Of a stretch of DNA of 64,000 nt, positions 58,948-64,000 are shown piece by piece (position 1 is the stretch's first letter; each line of letters begins with the position of its first letter). The stretch comes from Nitrososphaerota archaeon (GTDB taxonomy: Archaea; Thermoproteota; Nitrososphaeria_A; Caldarchaeales; Calditenuaceae). A model generated the notes under the pieces. That model searched no databases. It had not been told where the DNA came from and worked only from the letters and a program-made list of their open reading frames with translations. Both the position numbers and the translations under genes were made by a program. The stretch lies in contig JAVQSZ010000001.1 of the NCBI GenBank assembly GCA_033581555.1, positions 144,377 through 208,376 on the forward strand, given 5' to 3'.

Positions 58948-59548
58948 CCCTGAGGCTGGACTCTAGGAGGTTGAGGTACTCGATCAGCCTGGAGGAGAGC
59001 TCCTGAGCGTGCTGGAACGGGTAGGATTGCGGGTACCTACAGGACATCTTGACGTAGTAGCACTTGGCGTAGGAGGCCGCGGCTATCGCGGCCACCTCGC
59101 TCAGCCTCTGGTGCTCTTCGATCTCCTCGAGGGGCTCGAGCCCCCGCCTCCTCGAGACGTCTTCGTCCTTGCTCCTCCTCTCGAGGATGTCCTCGGGCCT
59201 GAAGTCCAGGAAGACGACCGCGTGCGGCCTGATCGCGTCCAGCAGGTCCGGCGGCAGACCCGGGTAGTAACCGAAGGGCGACCTGATGAGGGCGTGGGTG
59301 TCCACGAGGACCTTCCCGTCCATCGCGCCTATCCTCCTCGCGGCCTCGAGCTGAACGACCCTGTACTCCTCGACCGGGATGACCTTCCTCATCTCGTCCC
59401 TGGAGCTCAGGTTGTACCTCGTCCTCGCGATCTCGAACATCGCGTCTCCCAGGTTCGTCACCACGACGTCAGGGGCCTTCTCCCGGACCATCCTGAGGAT
59501 CGTCGTCTTGCCAGAGCCCGGAACCGCCGTCACGATGACCCGCGCCAT
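58940..59548 (-). CDS. adkA: archaeal adenylate kinase
   Basis: VPGSGKTT, RDEMRK, VDTH, YYPGLP. Confidence 0.92.
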   Translation of the reverse strand: MARVIVTAVPGSGKTTILRMVREKAPDVVVTNLGDAMFEIARTRYNLSSRDEMRKVIPVEEYRVVQLEAARRIGAMDGKVLVDTHALIRSPFGYYPGLPPDLLDAIRPHAVVFLDFRPEDILERRSKDEDVSRRRGLEPLEEIEEHQRLSEVAAIAAASYAKCYYVKMSCRYPQSYPFQHAQELSSRLIEYLNLLESSLRVT

Positions 59549-59585
59549 AACCGCGGGTTGTCCTGCGATCGGGCGCCTAATTGAG

Positions 59586-59825
59586 CTATACCCTGCCGAT
59601 GCGGAGCTCAGGGAAGAGGGACCTGGCCGCCTCGATGACGTCCTCCCTCCTCACGGTCCTCCTGCCCGCGGACGCTGCCACCTCGATCGCCCTCGCGCTG
59701 ATCTTCATCCCTATCTGCTCCAAGATCGCCCTCAGCTCCTCCGCGGCCTCCTCGCTCACCCTGACGGCCCCCGCCCTCTTCAGCATCCTGTGGACGGGGG
59801 CCATCGAGAGCTCCCGCATCCCCAT
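59586..59825 (-). CDS. archaeal histone (HMf-like variant)
   Basis: APVHRMLKRAGAVRVS...AGRRTV..ED histone fold. Confidence 0.92.
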   Translation of the reverse strand: MGMRELSMAPVHRMLKRAGAVRVSEEAAEELRAILEQIGMKISARAIEVAASAGRRTVRREDVIEAARSLFPELRIGRV

Positions 59826-59911
59826 CGACTCTAGTGCTCAGCGGGCTATAGCGTTTCCAGCTGAGCCCCGACCCCAGACATTTATTCCGAGGCCGGCCGA
59901 TCGACTGCCGG

Positions 59912-61636
59912 ATGAATCCCGAGGACGTCCGCCAGCTGATCTACAAGTGGGCCCTGAAGAACGCCCATGACCACGGCGGGTCTGCACAGGAGAAGGCAGT
60001 GATCTCTAAGGTGATCGCGGAGAGACCGGACCTGAAGGCCTCGATAGCCGTGCTGCTGGGTTTGGTGAGGGAGGTCGTAGGGCGGGTCAACTCGATGTCC
60101 CCCGACGCGATCGCGCAGGCCCTCTCGGAGCTGGCCCCTGAGCTCATGGTCGAGAGGAAGGTCGAGGCCAAAAGGAGGCTCCCCCCGCTCCCGAACGCGG
60201 TCCCGGGGAACGTGGTGACGAGGCTCCCGCCCGAGCCGAGCGGGTACATGCACATCGGGCACGCGCTCAGCGGACTGCTAAACTACCTCTACAAGGAGAT
60301 GTACGGCGGGAAGGTCTGGCTCAGGTTCGAGGACACGGACCCTAGGAAGGTGAGGCCAGAGTACTACGACAGCTACAGGGACGGGTACAGCTGGGCCGGG
60401 ATAAAGTGGGACCACGAGAAGTGCAACAGCGACGACATGGAGCTCTTCTACCGATACGCTGCCGAGCTGATCGAGTCCGGGAAGGCCTACGCCTGCGCGT
60501 GCAGCCGCGAGACTGTGAGGAGGCTGAGGTCCGAGGGCGTCCCCTGCGAGCACAGGGCCCAACCCGTCGAGGTGAACATGGAGCTCTGGGAGGGGATGCT
60601 GGAGGGCAGGTTCTCCGAGGGCGAAGTCTCGCTGCGACTCGTCGGGGACATGGCGTCGACGAACACGACTTTGAGGGACCCGGTGATAATGAGGATCGTC
60701 GAGAAGCCGCACCCGCTGAAGGGCGACAGGTACAGGGTCTGGCCGACCTACGACTTCGCGGCCAGCGTGGAGGACGCGATATGCGGGGTCACCCACGTCC
60801 TCAGGACCTCTGAGTTCATGCTCAGGGACGAGCTCCAGGACCTGATAAGGAGCTACCTCTCGATGCCCAACCCGACCTACGTCGAGTATGAGAGGTTCGA
60901 GTTCGAGGGGACGCCAGTCTCGAGGAGGGAGATCAGGTCGCTGATCGAGAGGGGCGTGGTCTCAGGATGGGACGACCCGAGGCTCGCGACGATCGCCTCG
61001 ATCAGGAGGAGGGGGATAGTCCCGGAGGCGCTGAGGGAGTTCGTCGAGAGGTACGTAGCCCTGACGCAGAGCAGGAAGGTCTACTCCTGGGACCTTCTCT
61101 ACGCGATCAACAGGAGGCTGATCGACGACCGGGCGCCGAGGATGTTCTTCGTCAAGGACCCGGTGAGGATAAGGCTCGAGGGAGCGGGCGTCCTTGAGGT
61201 CGACGTGCCCTTGCACCCGAACGGGAGGCTCGGGGCGAGGAGGCTTAGGGTCTCGGGGGAGGTTTACGTTCCCGCGGAGGACGTGAGGACCGTCGGTCCC
61301 GGGGGCGCGCTCAGGTTGAAGTTCCTCGGCAACGTGACGCTGAGGTCGGTCTCCGACGGCGATGCGGAGGGGGTCCTGGATGTCGCTCCACCTTCTCCAG
61401 GTCTCAGGGTGATCCAGTGGGTGCCGGTCGAGGAGGCAGTGAGCGTGAAGGTCCTGATCCCTGGGCCGCTACTCAACCCGGACGGGACCTTGAACGAGTC
61501 GAGCCTCGAGGTCGTCGAGGGCGTAGCCGAACGGGCGGTGAGTTCGCTGGAGGTCGGGACGCACGTCCAGTTCGAGAGGTTCGGGTACTGCGTGAAGGAC
61601 AGGTCGCCCAACGCCTTCGTGATGGCTCACCGTTGA
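59912..61636 (+). CDS. gltX: glutamate--tRNA ligase
   Basis: PPEPSGYMHIGH, RFEDTD, WPTYDF, GWDDPRL, QFERFGY. Confidence 0.95.
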   Translation: MNPEDVRQLIYKWALKNAHDHGGSAQEKAVISKVIAERPDLKASIAVLLGLVREVVGRVNSMSPDAIAQALSELAPELMVERKVEAKRRLPPLPNAVPGNVVTRLPPEPSGYMHIGHALSGLLNYLYKEMYGGKVWLRFEDTDPRKVRPEYYDSYRDGYSWAGIKWDHEKCNSDDMELFYRYAAELIESGKAYACACSRETVRRLRSEGVPCEHRAQPVEVNMELWEGMLEGRFSEGEVSLRLVGDMASTNTTLRDPVIMRIVEKPHPLKGDRYRVWPTYDFAASVEDAICGVTHVLRTSEFMLRDELQDLIRSYLSMPNPTYVEYERFEFEGTPVSRREIRSLIERGVVSGWDDPRLATIASIRRRGIVPEALREFVERYVALTQSRKVYSWDLLYAINRRLIDDRAPRMFFVKDPVRIRLEGAGVLEVDVPLHPNGRLGARRLRVSGEVYVPAEDVRTVGPGGALRLKFLGNVTLRSVSDGDAEGVLDVAPPSPGLRVIQWVPVEEAVSVKVLIPGPLLNPDGTLNESSLEVVEGVAERAVSSLEVGTHVQFERFGYCVKDRSPNAFVMAHR

Positions 61637-61755
61637 CGCTTCTTCCTCACGAACTGCTCGTGCCCCCTCGGGCAGATGACGTAGTAGTGGTCGCCCCTGT
61701 CCTCCTCGTGGACCGACTCGACCTCAACCCTGCAGATTAAGCACTCGAACCTCAA
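61627..61755 (-). CDS. 42-aa CxxC/CxxH Zn-finger protein (not in the ORF track)
   Basis: TTG-RFECLICRVEVESVHEEDRGDHYYVICPRGHEQFVRKKRQR-TGA, GAGGG SD, host-like codons, 11 nt after arcadin-1. Confidence 0.65.
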   Translation of the reverse strand: MRFECLICRVEVESVHEEDRGDHYYVICPRGHEQFVRKKRQR

Positions 61756-61766
61756 GGGCCCTCGCC

Positions 61767-62108
61767 TCAGGGAGGTCTCTGGAAGGCTAGCTTGCCCTCC
61801 TCCATCACCAGCTCGTACTCATCGTTCACCTCGAACCTAACTCCGAGCCTCTCGTACTCCTCCTCGGTCAGGTAGAGGACCATCTTCGGGATCACCCTGT
61901 CCCTCTGGACCGGCATCAGGCCCATCCACTGAAGCTGTGTGAGGAGCGACTGGAAGATCTGCTGGGCGACGACGACCTCCTCCGCGGCGTAGACGCCCCT
62001 CGTGGAGGGAGCGGGCCTGACCTCGACTAGCTCGATGACTTTGCCGGGCCTCCCGGTGTCCGGGTCGCTGTAGGAGGAGACCCTGAAGACCCTGACCCTA
62101 ACCCTCAC
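61767..62108 (-). CDS. arcadin-1 family protein
   Basis: YSDPDTGRPGKVIELVE...IPKMVLYLTEEEYE.LG..FEVND.YEL..EEG matches my recall of Pyrobaculum arcadin-1. Confidence 0.75.
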   Translation of the reverse strand: MRVRVRVFRVSSYSDPDTGRPGKVIELVEVRPAPSTRGVYAAEEVVVAQQIFQSLLTQLQWMGLMPVQRDRVIPKMVLYLTEEEYERLGVRFEVNDEYELVMEEGKLAFQRPP

Positions 62109-62192
62109 GGGCGGAGGGGCGGCTCCGAGGTGATAAGTCTGACCTCGAGCGCGAGGCCCGTTGACCTCAAATTGGTCCCGGTGGGGCATTCC

Positions 62193-62612
62193 GTGATGAC
62201 CGAAAGGACCTTCGTGATGCTGAAGCCGAGCGCGGTCGAGAGGGGGCTGATCGGCGAGATCATCTCGAGGTTCGAGAGGAAGGGGCTCAGGCTGGTCGCG
62301 ATGAAGACCCTGACCCTGACACGGGCGCAGGCGGAGGAGCTTTACGCCGTCCACAGGGGGAAGCACTTCTACGAGGAGTTGGTAAGCAGGATGACCGGGA
62401 GGAGGGTCGTGGTGATGGTGCTGGAGGGCAGGTCGGCGGTCTCCGTCGTCAGGAAGCTCACCGGAGCGACCGATCCCGTGAACGCAGAGCCCGGGACCAT
62501 CAGGGGAGACCTGGGGCTGGACCTGACTGACAACTTGGTCCACGCCTCCGACAGCGCTGAGAGCTTCTCCCGAGAGAGCTCGATATTCTTTAGCCCCTCC
62601 GAGCTCACCTGA
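62193..62612 (+). CDS. ndk: nucleoside diphosphate kinase
   Basis: ERTFVMLKP, GATDP..A.PGTIRGD, NLVHASDS. Confidence 0.96.
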   Translation: MMTERTFVMLKPSAVERGLIGEIISRFERKGLRLVAMKTLTLTRAQAEELYAVHRGKHFYEELVSRMTGRRVVVMVLEGRSAVSVVRKLTGATDPVNAEPGTIRGDLGLDLTDNLVHASDSAESFSRESSIFFSPSELT

Positions 62613-62672
62613 AGGGTGATCGATAATAGTCTTCGATAAAACTTATTTTGCACTGGCGCATCTCTTTGCTCA

Positions 62673-63599
62673 GTGGAGAGCGCAGTAGAGAGGGACGAGT
62701 ACGACCCGACGTCCGGTCATCGATCGTCCTTCTTAGACTACCGGTCGATGCAGTCCTTCCCGGAGGACGTTCGGGACGTCTCGACTCTCCAAATGATACG
62801 CAGCTCCATGTTCACGTACTCAAGGATGCTGTTCGCGAGGCAGATCGATAGCCGGACTTACCTCGAGTTGATGGCCAACGCCTACGAGCAGATCAGGAGG
62901 GTCTTAACGAAGGCCCTCGAAGAGGGGTACCCGGAGAGCTTCTTCCGGAGCTACATGGAGGTCTTCAGCGACTCAGCCGTGACGAGGACCGCCGTCTTCC
63001 TCATCTACAACCACAAGTCCTTCGACCTGACCCTCGAGGAGGCCAAGTGGTGCGCTCTGGTGCTCCAAGGGAACGTCGCCGACGCAGGGCCGCCGCCGAT
63101 TGGACGTCCAATGCCCCCCGAGGAGGAGCGCCCTGAGGTGGAGAGACCTCCGACCGTCGACAGAGGACCTCCAGCCGTCGACAGGGGACCTCCAGCTCCA
63201 GCCGCTAGAGCCGAGCCGGCGGCCGTTAATGCTGCGGCCTCCACCGCCGAGACCCCAGGCGTTGCGGTCGAGATCAGGGACGAGTTCACGGAGATCGTTG
63301 ACGCCCTCCGGGTCGAGAGGGACAGGCTTCCGGAGAGGGAGAGGTACCTGGTGTTTCTGGCCCTCCTGACTATCTCCTACTGCAGGGGGAAGGTGGACCG
63401 ATCGCAGCTGGTACAGCTCGGGAACGAGTACCTGGAGAAGGCGGTCGGACTCGACGCGATCTACCTGGGCGAGGCGAGAAAGGCCCTACTCAGGAGGCTG
63501 GCTTCGATGCTGAAGGGCAGGAACGTTCCGCCCGTGATCGTCGCGGTGCTCGAGAACCCCGAGATATTGAGCTCCGGCAGAAGGGTTAGGATCCAGTGA
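62673..63599 (+). CDS. two-domain helical protein, candidate Vps28 (ESCRT-I) homolog
   Basis: Real ORF with its own AT-rich promoter and a Pro/Ala linker; both domains resemble Vps28 by eye (see findings). Confidence 0.5.
   Translation: MESAVERDEYDPTSGHRSSFLDYRSMQSFPEDVRDVSTLQMIRSSMFTYSRMLFARQIDSRTYLELMANAYEQIRRVLTKALEEGYPESFFRSYMEVFSDSAVTRTAVFLIYNHKSFDLTLEEAKWCALVLQGNVADAGPPPIGRPMPPEEERPEVERPPTVDRGPPAVDRGPPAPAARAEPAAVNAAASTAETPGVAVEIRDEFTEIVDALRVERDRLPERERYLVFLALLTISYCRGKVDRSQLVQLGNEYLEKAVGLDAIYLGEARKALLRRLASMLKGRNVPPVIVAVLENPEILSSGRRVRIQ
63154..63195 (+). repeat. in-frame 21-nt tandem duplication (two copies)
   Basis: CCGTCGACAGAGGACCTCCAG / CCGTCGACAGGGGACCTCCAG encoding VDRGPPA twice. 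Confidence 0.9.
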
Positions 63600-63798
63600 C
63601 CCGCCGCTTCTGGCTCGCCGTCGCCCTGCCCGCGAGCGTCCACTTGACCCTCCTCGGGTCCTTCTTGTGCTCGACCATGTAGACCCTGCACCTCCTGCTG
63701 CAGAACCAGAGGAGCGTCCCGTCCCTTCTCACGTATAGCATCCCGACGCCGTGTGGGAACTGCCTCTCGCAGAACGCGCACCTGTGAGTCGTCACCAT
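63586..63798 (-). CDS. rpl24e: 50S ribosomal protein L24e
   Basis: CAFC...G.GMLYVRRDG..LWFCSRRC, PRRVKWT. Confidence 0.95.
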   Translation of the reverse strand: MVTTHRCAFCERQFPHGVGMLYVRRDGTLLWFCSRRCRVYMVEHKKDPRRVKWTLAGRATASQKRRVTGS

Positions 63799-63914
63799 CT
63801 CCTTCCACGGCACCTCGCTGGAGCTCAACTAATAGATCTTGCCGCATTCAGGACCTCCGGCCGGCGGCGACCTGAGGAGACCGGAGCGTCGGAGGGGTTC
63901 ACTGGTTCAGGGCG

Positions 63915-64000
<86 letters not shown>

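Overview
GC-rich, very gene-dense archaeal chromosome segment. Its gene content points to a thermophilic TACK archaeon, most plausibly Aigarchaeota/Caldarchaeales (inference): CdvB/CdvC, histone, arcadin-1, Elf1, class I CCA enzyme, aIF5B, EF-1alpha, intron-containing tRNAs and heme-copper oxidase biogenesis genes. Most of the window is housekeeping genes whose normally conserved operons are broken up and often flipped into convergent pairs. It also holds five tRNAs (four with introns), a branched-chain/acyl-CoA catabolic cluster, a ttrBCAD-type Mo/W respiratory operon, two ATP-dependent DNA ligases, a class II photolyase and a decaying DprA+PRTase island between two convergent tRNAs. The top candidate novelty is the orphan ORF 62673-63599, which by eye aligns along both domains with eukaryotic Vps28 (ESCRT-I); ESCRT-III and Vps4 are in the same window. 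Other points worth checking: an Urm1-like protein with a C-terminal extension coupled to a MoxR operon, a histone lacking the tetramerisation residues, an isobutyryl-CoA-mutase-type signature, a kite/Nse1-like tandem winged-helix protein and an unannotated 42-aa Zn finger behind arcadin-1. All homology calls are by motif recognition and recalled sequences; no searches were run.
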